Source of the DNA: Candidatus Eiseniibacteriota bacterium
GTDB lineage: Bacteria; Eisenbacteria; RBG-16-71-46; DASYSL01
Length of the DNA stretch: 14,499 nucleotides
NCBI GenBank assembly: GCA_031431875.1
Contig: JANPEF010000087.1
Location: 1-14,499, forward strand
Direction: 5' to 3'
This document shows, one piece after another, positions 1 through 6,930 of this stretch. The notes below the pieces were generated by a model. It saw only the letters and a program-made list of their open reading frames with translations, was not told the DNA's origin and did not search any database. Made by a program: the position numbers and the translations under genes. Positions within the stretch are counted from its first letter, which is position 1. Each line of letters starts with the position of its first letter.

Positions 1-90
1 CCCCCACCCCCTCGCCCCCTGGGGCGCGGTGCCCCGCCCCGCCCCCCCCCCCCCCCGCCCGGCCCCCCCGCGCCGCCCCCCCCGCCTCCG
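1..90. repeat. C-rich low-complexity tract including a C15 homopolymer (42-56)
   Basis: Seen directly: many C runs and almost no A/T, unlike the rest of the window. Confidence 0.85.
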
Positions 91-118
91 TTTCGCCCCC
101 GCTCATGGAAGGAGCCCC

Positions 119-1012
119 GTGGAGCCCGTCCGCCTCCTGCGCGGGCAACCGCTCGCCGCCCGCGTTCTCGACGACGTCGCGCGCCGCACTGCCGCACTCG
201 CGGCCCGCGGGGTGACGCCCGGCCTGGCGCTGGTTTCGATCGGCGACGATCCCGCCTCGAAGATCTACCTGGCTCGCAAGCGCAGCGCAGCGGAGCGCTG
301 CGGCCTTGCCGTAGTCGCTCTCGCCTTTCCGGCCGAGGCGCCGCACGCGCACGTCTTCGACGCGCTCGCCCGCCTCGCGGCCGAACCGCACATCCACGGC
401 GTCCTCGTGCAGATGCCACTGCCGTCGGGTTGGCCCGCCCAGGAACTGCTGCTCGCCGTTCCGGCGGGCAAGGATGTCGACGGCTTCCATCCCGAAAACA
501 TCGGCCGCCTGGCGCAGGGCCTGCCCGGCCCCGTCGCCTGCACGCCGCTGGGCATCCTCCACCTGTTGCGCGATGCCGACGTCGCGCTGGCCGGCCGCCG
601 GGTCACCGTGGTCGGGCGCAGCTCGATCGTCGGCACACCACTGGCGCTTATGCTTTCGCGCAAGGGCGTCGACGCGACCGTGACGATCGCGCACTCGCGC
701 ACGCTTGACCTCGAGGCCGTGTGCCGCGAGGCCGACGTCCTCGTCGTCGCCATGGGCGTGCCGCGCGCGATCGGCCGCGCGCACGTCAAGCCGGGCGCGG
801 TGGTGATCGACGTCGGCATCCATCGCGTGGCGGCCCCGACGACGGAGGATCCCGCGGCGATGCGCCTGGTGGGGGACGTGCGTGCCGAGGAACTCGACGG
901 ACACGCCGGAGCGCTGTCGCCCGTGCCGGGTGGGGTGGGGCCGCTGACGGTCGCGTTCCTGTTGTCGAACACGCTCGATGCCGCGGAGCGGGGGGCGGGG
1001 GTGAAGGCATGA
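119..1012 (+). CDS. folD: Bifunctional methylenetetrahydrofolate dehydrogenase/cyclohydrolase FolD (297 aa)
   Basis: Motifs PGLA, DPASxxYxxxK, GVLVQMPLP, KDVDGFHPEN, CTPxG, GRSxIVG, IDVGI, GDV and PVPGGVGPLT. GTG at 119 follows AAGGAG (109-114). The ORF-track start at 29 is a poly-C extension. Confidence 0.96.
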   Translation: MEPVRLLRGQPLAARVLDDVARRTAALAARGVTPGLALVSIGDDPASKIYLARKRSAAERCGLAVVALAFPAEAPHAHVFDALARLAAEPHIHGVLVQMPLPSGWPAQELLLAVPAGKDVDGFHPENIGRLAQGLPGPVACTPLGILHLLRDADVALAGRRVTVVGRSSIVGTPLALMLSRKGVDATVTIAHSRTLDLEAVCREADVLVVAMGVPRAIGRAHVKPGAVVIDVGIHRVAAPTTEDPAAMRLVGDVRAEELDGHAGALSPVPGGVGPLTVAFLLSNTLDAAERGAGVKA

Positions 1013-2430
1013 GCCTGTTTGACGACATGGACGGCAAGCGTTTCCCTGGGGATGATCCGCCAACCTCACCGTCGTCTCCTTTGGAGCCGACGGTCCTATC
1101 GGTTTCCGCGCTCGTCGCCGAGGTGAAAGGCCTCCTCGGCGACGCCTATCCCGAGGTCTGGGTGCGCGGCGAGATCGCCGGGCTCAAGATCGCCTCCTCG
1201 GGCCACATGTACTTCGCGCTCAAGGACGCGTCGGCCATGCTGTCGTGTGCGTGGTTCAAGTTCCGCCAACGCGGGCTGCGCTTCGCGCCGCGGGACGGCA
1301 TGGAGGTCGAGGCGCGCTGCCGCTTCGACCTCTACGCCCCGCGCGGATCACTCCAGCTCATGATCGAGGAACTGCGCCCGGCCGGCATCGGCGCTCTGCT
1401 GCTCGCCTTCGAGGAGCGGAAGCAGAAGCTCGCCGCCGAGGGCCTGTTCGACGCGGCGCGCAAGCGTCCGCTGCCGATGCATCCGCGCACGATCGGGCTC
1501 GTCACGTCGCCCACGGGTGCCGCGATCCATGACCTGCTGGTCGGCCTCCGCCGGCGCTGGCCCGGCCGCCGCATCGTGCTCGCGCCGGTGCTCGTCCAGG
1601 GTCCGGGCGCGGCGCCGCAGATCGCCGCCGCGATCGAGCGCATGAACCGACTCGGCGGCGTCGACGTGATGATCGTCGGCCGCGGCGGCGGCTCGCTCGA
1701 GGACCTGTGGGCGTTCAACGAGGAGGACGTCGTCCGCGCCATCGCCGCCTCGCGCATCCCGATCGTCTCGGCCGTGGGCCACGAGGTCGACGTCACGCTC
1801 GCCGACCTCGCCGCCGACGTGCGCGCCGCCACGCCCACCGCCGCCGCGGAGCTGGTCACCACGCCGACGCGCGCCGAAGTGCGACGCGACGTGCGCGACC
1901 TCTCCGCGCGCGCCGCAGATGCGGCACAGTTCGCCGTTTCCGAGCGGCGCGATCGCCTCGATCGGGCCCGCGCGCGCTACGGCTTCCGCCGCGCCGACGA
2001 TCTCGTCGCCGCGCTGGCGCAGACCGTCGACGGGCTCGCCGATCGCCTCGCGCGCGTGGCCGCCGAACTCCTGGCGCGCGCCCGCGGCGACGTGCGTGCG
2101 CTGGCCGGCCGCGTGCATCCGGGCCGCCTTGTCGAGCGGGTCGCCGCGCTCGTCCATCGCCGGCGCACGCTCGAGCAACGCCTCGCGCTGGCCCAACAGG
2201 CCGCGTTCGCCGTTCGCACTCAGCGCGCGCGCACCGCCCGCGCTCGACTGGTCGCGCTGTCGCCGCGCGCCGTGCTCGCGCGCGGCTACGCGCTCGTCAC
2301 CCGCACCGACGGCGCCGTCGTGCGCGCCGCCGCCGACCTCGCACCCGACGCCACCGTCGGGCTCGAGTTCGCGCGCGGACGCGCCACCGCGCGGATCCTC
2401 ACCCTCGCCCCCTCCACGGAGGAGTCATGA
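1009..2430 (+). CDS. xseA: Exodeoxyribonuclease VII large subunit (473 aa)
   Basis: VWVRGEI, SGHMYFALKD, LAAEGLFD, IGLVTSPTGAAIHD, GRGGGSLEDLWAFNEE, SAVGHEVD, ATPTAAAE and LSPRAVLARGYA. ATGA overlap with the folD stop. Confidence 0.97.
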   Translation: MSLFDDMDGKRFPGDDPPTSPSSPLEPTVLSVSALVAEVKGLLGDAYPEVWVRGEIAGLKIASSGHMYFALKDASAMLSCAWFKFRQRGLRFAPRDGMEVEARCRFDLYAPRGSLQLMIEELRPAGIGALLLAFEERKQKLAAEGLFDAARKRPLPMHPRTIGLVTSPTGAAIHDLLVGLRRRWPGRRIVLAPVLVQGPGAAPQIAAAIERMNRLGGVDVMIVGRGGGSLEDLWAFNEEDVVRAIAASRIPIVSAVGHEVDVTLADLAADVRAATPTAAAELVTTPTRAEVRRDVRDLSARAADAAQFAVSERRDRLDRARARYGFRRADDLVAALAQTVDGLADRLARVAAELLARARGDVRALAGRVHPGRLVERVAALVHRRRTLEQRLALAQQAAFAVRTQRARTARARLVALSPRAVLARGYALVTRTDGAVVRAAADLAPDATVGLEFARGRATARILTLAPSTEES

Positions 2431-2786
2431 CGCCACGCAAGAAACCCTCCGCCGATCGCGTCGCCGACGCCGGAGCACCCGCCGTCGCGCCGCCGCTGGG
2501 CCCCGACGGCAAGCCGCTGTCGTTCGAGAAGGCGCTCGCCCGCCTCGAGGCGATCGTCGGGCAGCTCGAGGACGGCAAGCTCACGCTCGAGGATTCGATC
2601 GCGCGCTTCGAGGAGGGCGTCGCCATCTCGCGCTTCCTCGAGGGCGAACTGGGCCGCGCCGAAAAGCGCGTGCAGGAACTGGTCGAGTCCGGTGGCGCTG
2701 TGACGACGCGCCCGTGGGATGGCGACGACGGCGGCGGCGAAACCGGCGACGAAGACGCGGACGATGCCGAAGACGACGCGCGCTGA
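2427..2786 (+). CDS. xseB: Exodeoxyribonuclease VII small subunit with N- and C-terminal extensions (119 aa)
   Basis: Core SFEKALARLEAIVGQLEDGKLTLEDSIARFEEG...AEKRVQEL. SD GGAGGAG at 2418-2424; ATGA overlap with xseA. Confidence 0.95.
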   Translation: MTPRKKPSADRVADAGAPAVAPPLGPDGKPLSFEKALARLEAIVGQLEDGKLTLEDSIARFEEGVAISRFLEGELGRAEKRVQELVESGGAVTTRPWDGDDGGGETGDEDADDAEDDAR

Positions 2787-2799
2787 CGGGGGCTGGCCC

Positions 2800-3708
2800 G
2801 TGCCGTTCGCGGCCGACCACCGGCTCGTCAACGCGCGCCTCACCGCGCGGCTCAGGCGCCTGCCGGGCGTCCCGCCGCGCCTGGCACAAGCGCTGCGCCA
2901 CGCCGCGCTCGCCCCGGGCAAGCGCCTGCGCCCGCTCCTCGTGCTGCTCGGCTACGACGCCGCGGGCGGCCCCGCGGGCAAGCGCGCGCACGCCGTCGCC
3001 GCGGCCGCCGCGGTCGAGTGCGTGCATGCGTTTTCGCTGGTGCACGACGACCTGCCCGCGCTCGACGACGACGACCTGCGCCGCGGCCGCCCGACGCTGC
3101 ACAGGGCGTTCGACGAGGCGACCGCGATTCTCGCCGGCGACGCGCTGCTATCGCTCGCGTTCGAGGACCTCGCCGCCCTCGGCGAGCGCGCATTTCCGCC
3201 GCAGCGCGTCATCCGAGCGGTGCGGGTCCTGGCGCGCGCCAGCGGCGCCACCGCGATGGTCGGCGGGCAGGTGCTCGACCTCGCAGCCGAGGGGCGATGG
3301 GGGAGGGACCTGGCGAGCCGTGGCCATGCGCTGCCCGGCGTGCGCGCGATCCAGCGCGGGAAGACCGGCGAGTTGCTCGCCGCCTCGCTCGCCGTCGGCG
3401 GACACCTGGCGGGAGGACGACCGGCGGTGATCGCTGCGCTCGAGGGGATCGGCCAGGACCTGGGACTCGCCTTCCAGATCGCCGACGACCTGCTCAACGA
3501 GCTCGGCGACACCCGAGCGCTGGGCAAGAGCGCGGGGACCGACAAGGCCCGTGGCAAGGCCACCTGGCACGGCGCGGCGGGGGTGGCGGCGGCCGAGCGG
3601 GCGCGCGAGCGGCTGCACGCGCGGGCGCTGAAGCGGGCGGAACTATTTTCCCGGCACCGGGAGCGGTTTGCTACGCTCGCCGCGTTCCTGGCCGTGCGCC
3701 GGACCTGA
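2800..3708 (+). CDS. ispA: Short-chain polyprenyl diphosphate synthase (farnesyl/geranylgeranyl diphosphate synthase, IspA-like, ~302 aa)
   Basis: GKRLRP, first Asp-rich motif HAFSLVHDDLPALDDDDLRRGRPT, AILAGDALL, GQVLDL, KTG, LAFQIADDLLN and GKxxGxDxxxGKAT. GTG start at 2800 is inferred. Position after xseB matches the usual ispA context. Confidence 0.9.
   Translation: MPFAADHRLVNARLTARLRRLPGVPPRLAQALRHAALAPGKRLRPLLVLLGYDAAGGPAGKRAHAVAAAAAVECVHAFSLVHDDLPALDDDDLRRGRPTLHRAFDEATAILAGDALLSLAFEDLAALGERAFPPQRVIRAVRVLARASGATAMVGGQVLDLAAEGRWGRDLASRGHALPGVRAIQRGKTGELLAASLAVGGHLAGGRPAVIAALEGIGQDLGLAFQIADDLLNELGDTRALGKSAGTDKARGKATWHGAAGVAAAERARERLHARALKRAELFSRHRERFATLAAFLAVRRT
3648..3677 (+). promoter_or_regulatory. 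Candidate internal sigma70-type promoter with extended -10 (TG-C-TACGCT)
   Basis: TGnTAnnnT at 3669-3677 and a weak -35 TTCCCG at 3648-3653 (18 nt spacer). Coincides with atypical codons CTA TTT...TTT GCT at the end of ispA. Inference only. Confidence 0.35.
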
Positions 3709-3721
3709 ACCTGGAGACCTG

Positions 3722-4144
3722 TTGAAGGCGTTCGAAATCGCCGCTTTGACCAGCCTTGCCGTGCAACTCTGGAAGGGACTCGCCTTCTGGTTGCGGCATC
3801 GGCGACTCAACTTCCGGGCCTTCGTCACCACCGGCGGGATGCCCTCGTCCCACGCCGCATCGGTCGCCGCCCTCAGCACGACCGTCGGCATCGAGGAAGG
3901 CGTTCTGAGCACACTCTTCGGCGTCACGCTCTTCTTCAGCCTGATCGTCATGTACGACGCCGCCGGCCTGCGCCGCGCCGCCGGTCATCAGGCGCGCCTG
4001 CTCAACAAGATCGTGGCCGGTCACGAGGACCGCGCGCTCCGCCAGCACCAGCTCTTCGAGAGCCTGGGCCACACGCCGCTCGAGGTGCTCGTCGGCGCCG
4101 CCCTCGGTGTCGTGGCGGCCATCCTCTGGAATCGGTCCTTCTGA
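3722..4144 (+). CDS. Divergent PAP2 family (DUF212, YuiD-like) membrane protein (~140 aa)
   Basis: TGGMPSSHAA, IVMYDAAGLRRAAGHQARLLN and ESLGHTPLEVLVGAALG, with hydrophobic segments. TTG start at 3722 follows GGAG (3713-3716). Confidence 0.92.
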   Translation: MKAFEIAALTSLAVQLWKGLAFWLRHRRLNFRAFVTTGGMPSSHAASVAALSTTVGIEEGVLSTLFGVTLFFSLIVMYDAAGLRRAAGHQARLLNKIVAGHEDRALRQHQLFESLGHTPLEVLVGAALGVVAAILWNRSF

Positions 4145-6042
4145 TGTCCCGGAGCGCCATGACCCTGCTGTCGCGCATCGAATCCCCAGCCGACCTCAAG
4201 TCGCTCACGCTCGATCAGCTCGAGACCGTGGCGAAGGAGCTGCGCGAGCTGCTGGTCGAGACCGTCTCGGCCAACGGTGGGCACCTCGCGCCATCGCTCG
4301 GCGTCGTGGAGTTGACGATCGCACTCCATCGCGTGTTCGACACGCCGCGCGATCGCCTCGTGTGGGACGTCGGGCACCAGGCATACGGCCACAAGATCCT
4401 CACCGGCCGCCGCGACCGCTTCGGCACGCTGCGCCAGCAGGGTGGGATCGCGGGCTTCCCGCGCCGCGACGAGAGCGCCTACGACCCGTTCGGGACGGCG
4501 CACGGTTCCACCTCCATCAGTGCGGCGCTCGGCATGGCCGCGGCGCGCGACGTCGTGGGCGACGACTACAAGGTCATCGCCGTGATCGGCGACGGCGCGC
4601 TCACCGGCGGCCTCGCCTATGAGGGGCTCAACAACGCGGGCGACCTCAAGAAGGACCTGCTCGTCATCCTCAACGACAACGACTTCTCGATCTCACCGAA
4701 CGTGGGTGGAATCTCGAAGTACCTGACGCGCATCACCAGCGGCCCGCTCTACCGCCAGGCTGAGGCCGAGATCTGGGAGCTGCTCGGCCTCCTGCCACTG
4801 GTCGGCAAGAAGGCGCGCGAAGGTGCGGCGCGGGTCAAGGAGAGCCTCAAGAACCTCGTCGTGCCGAACCTGTTCTTCGAGGAGCTGGGCTTCAAGTACT
4901 ACGGCCCGTTCGACGGCCACGACCTCAAGGGCCTCGTCGCGCTGCTCGAGGACCTCAAGGAGATTCCCGGCCCCGTGTTCCTCCACGTGCGCACGGTGAA
5001 GGGCAAGGGCTACGCGCCCGCCGAGCTCGACGCGTGCAAGTTCCACGGCCTCGGCAAGTTCGACAAGATGACCGGCGCCGCCGAGAAGAGCACCAGGGCG
5101 ACCTACACCAACGTGTTTGCCCAGGCCGTCATCGACGAGGCCGAGGCGAACCCGAGCGTCGTCGCCATCACCGCCGCGATGCCCGACAACACCGGGCTCA
5201 ACGCGTTCCAGGCGCGCTTCCCGGAACGCTTCTTCGACGTCGGCATGGCCGAGCAGCACGCGGTGTGCTTCGCCGCCGGCATGGCCACTTCGGGCGCGAT
5301 CCCGGTGGCCGCGATCTACTCCACGTTCCTGCAGCGCGCCTACGATCAGATCGTGCACGACGTGATGCTGCAGAAGCTGCACGTCGTGCTCGCCGTCGAT
5401 CGCGCGGGCCTGGTGGGCGAGGACGGCGCGAGCCACCACGGCGTGTTCGACATCGCCTTCCTGCGCTCGCTGCCGGACCTGGTGCTGATGGCGCCGCGCG
5501 ACGAGAACGAGCTGCGCTCGATGGTCAAGACCGCGATCGCCTGGGGCAAGGGCCCGATCGCCGTGCGCTACCCGCGTGCGCCGGTCGAGGGCGTCGCTCC
5601 CGAGCCGGCCCGCCGCCTCGAGATCGGCAAGGGCCAGCTCCTGCGCGACGGCGCCGACGTCGCGATCGTCGCCCTGGGCACGATGGTGCTGCCCGCGGTC
5701 ACCGCGGCCGAGCGCCTGGCCCGCGAGGGCGTGCGCGCCGCCGTGTTCGACGCGCGCTTCGTCCAGCCACTCGACGCCGCAGCGATCGCCGAGCTGGCCA
5801 CGCGCTGCGGCCGCGTCGTCACGGTCGAGGAGGCCGTGCTCGCCGGCGGCTTCGGCTCGGCCGTGCTCGAAATGCTCGCCGCGAAGAACCTGTCCACGCC
5901 GGTGCTGCGCCTCGGCATTCCCGACATGCTCGTCCCGCACGGCACCCGCGGCCAGCAGTTGGCCAACCTCGGCCTCACGCCCGAGGGCCTCGCCACGAGC
6001 ATCGGCGCATGGGTGGCCACGACCCAGCCCGTCCTGCCGTGA
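4144..6042 (+). CDS. dxs: 1-deoxy-D-xylulose-5-phosphate synthase (632 aa; alternative start ATG 4159)
   Basis: GGHLAPSLGVVELT, WDVGHQAYGHKILTGR, TPP motif GDGALTGG...ILNDN, TVKGKGY, DVGMAEQHAV, YSTFLQRAYDQ and DRAGLVGEDG. Confidence 0.98.
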   Translation: MSRSAMTLLSRIESPADLKSLTLDQLETVAKELRELLVETVSANGGHLAPSLGVVELTIALHRVFDTPRDRLVWDVGHQAYGHKILTGRRDRFGTLRQQGGIAGFPRRDESAYDPFGTAHGSTSISAALGMAAARDVVGDDYKVIAVIGDGALTGGLAYEGLNNAGDLKKDLLVILNDNDFSISPNVGGISKYLTRITSGPLYRQAEAEIWELLGLLPLVGKKAREGAARVKESLKNLVVPNLFFEELGFKYYGPFDGHDLKGLVALLEDLKEIPGPVFLHVRTVKGKGYAPAELDACKFHGLGKFDKMTGAAEKSTRATYTNVFAQAVIDEAEANPSVVAITAAMPDNTGLNAFQARFPERFFDVGMAEQHAVCFAAGMATSGAIPVAAIYSTFLQRAYDQIVHDVMLQKLHVVLAVDRAGLVGEDGASHHGVFDIAFLRSLPDLVLMAPRDENELRSMVKTAIAWGKGPIAVRYPRAPVEGVAPEPARRLEIGKGQLLRDGADVAIVALGTMVLPAVTAAERLAREGVRAAVFDARFVQPLDAAAIAELATRCGRVVTVEEAVLAGGFGSAVLEMLAAKNLSTPVLRLGIPDMLVPHGTRGQQLANLGLTPEGLATSIGAWVATTQPVLP

Positions 6043-6926
6043 GTCGACGCGCGATCCGTCGCGTCGCGCTCGTCGGGCACACGCGTCGTCCGACGGTCGG
6101 CCGCCGCATGGCCGCACTCGCCGCCAGCCTCGCCCGCCGCGGCGTCGTCCCCGTCGTCGTCGGCGGCGACGACTCGGCGCCCGGTCACGGTTGGACGCCC
6201 GATCCCGCCTCGGTGGCCGCGGCGCGCCGCTGCGACCTCGTCGTCACCCTCGGCGGCGACGGCACCATTCTCGCCGGCGCCCGCATCGTCGCGGGCACGA
6301 CCATTCCGGTGCTCCCGGTGAACCTCGGCGGCATGGGCTTCCTCGCCTCGTACGAGGGCCGCGACCTCGCTGCGGCGATGCGCGACGCCCTCGCCGGAAA
6401 GCTCGTCGTCGAGCGGCGGAGCCTCTTGCGCGCGCGCCTCGAGCCCGCGTCAGGCGGCCGTGTGCGCGTGCTCGGCGTGGCGCTCAATGACGTCGTGATC
6501 AAGCAGCCGACCACGTTCCGCGCACTGCGCATGGACATCGCCACCCGCGACACCTTCCTCGGCCACGTCGTCGCCGACGGCATCGTCGCGGCGAGCCCCA
6601 GCGGCTCGACCGCATACTCGCTGTCGGCGGGGGGGCCGGTGATCGCGCCGGGCCTCGAGGCGATCGTGGTCACGCCGATCTGCCCGCACACGCTCGGCAT
6701 GCGCGCGCTGTGCCTGCCTCCCGACGCCGAGCTGCGCGTCACCATCCGCTCGCGCGACGGCGCCGGTGCGATCCTGTCGCTCGACGGCCTGGGCGGACCG
6801 CCCGCCGGCCCGGGCGACACGGTGCGCATCGAGCTGGTGCCCGACGCGGTGCGCTTCCTGCGCCGCCCCGGCGTCACCATGCCGACGATCCTGCCGCACA
6901 AGCTGGGCTGGGCGCGCAAGGGCTGA
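6039..6926 (+). CDS. nadK: NAD(+) kinase (295 aa)
   Basis: LGGDGTIL, NLGxxGFL, LNDVVI, ADG...GSTAYSLSAGGP, TPICPH and C-terminal KLGW. GTGA overlap with dxs. Confidence 0.94.
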   Translation: MSRRAIRRVALVGHTRRPTVGRRMAALAASLARRGVVPVVVGGDDSAPGHGWTPDPASVAAARRCDLVVTLGGDGTILAGARIVAGTTIPVLPVNLGGMGFLASYEGRDLAAAMRDALAGKLVVERRSLLRARLEPASGGRVRVLGVALNDVVIKQPTTFRALRMDIATRDTFLGHVVADGIVAASPSGSTAYSLSAGGPVIAPGLEAIVVTPICPHTLGMRALCLPPDAELRVTIRSRDGAGAILSLDGLGGPPAGPGDTVRIELVPDAVRFLRRPGVTMPTILPHKLGWARKG

Positions 6927-6930
6927 CGAC

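Noticed and set aside
29..118. Pro-rich N-terminal extension of FolD in the ORF track
   Set aside because: It is a translation of the poly-C tract. The SD plus GTG at 119 matches the normal FolD start.
2719..2799. Upstream ATG start for ispA overlapping xseB
   Set aside because: It is an off-frame read of the xseB acidic tail. GTG 2800 gives a normal-length IspA, although the exact start is not proven.
3703..3721. Three ACCTG pentamers around the ispA stop and DUF212 SD
   Set aside because: Too short and irregularly spaced to support an operator call.
5034..6038. Apparent long N-terminal fusions on nadK (also xseA, xseB, recN, trpG, trpD) in the ORF track
   Set aside because: These are open off-frames of the upstream genes. 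Family homology begins at the coupled starts 6039, 1009, 2427, 6931, 10152 and 10742.
4693..6117. 474 aa minus-strand ORF opposite dxs, and the other alternative-frame ORFs in the track
   Set aside because: Shadow ORFs overlapping conserved genes, with no motifs or plausible RBS.
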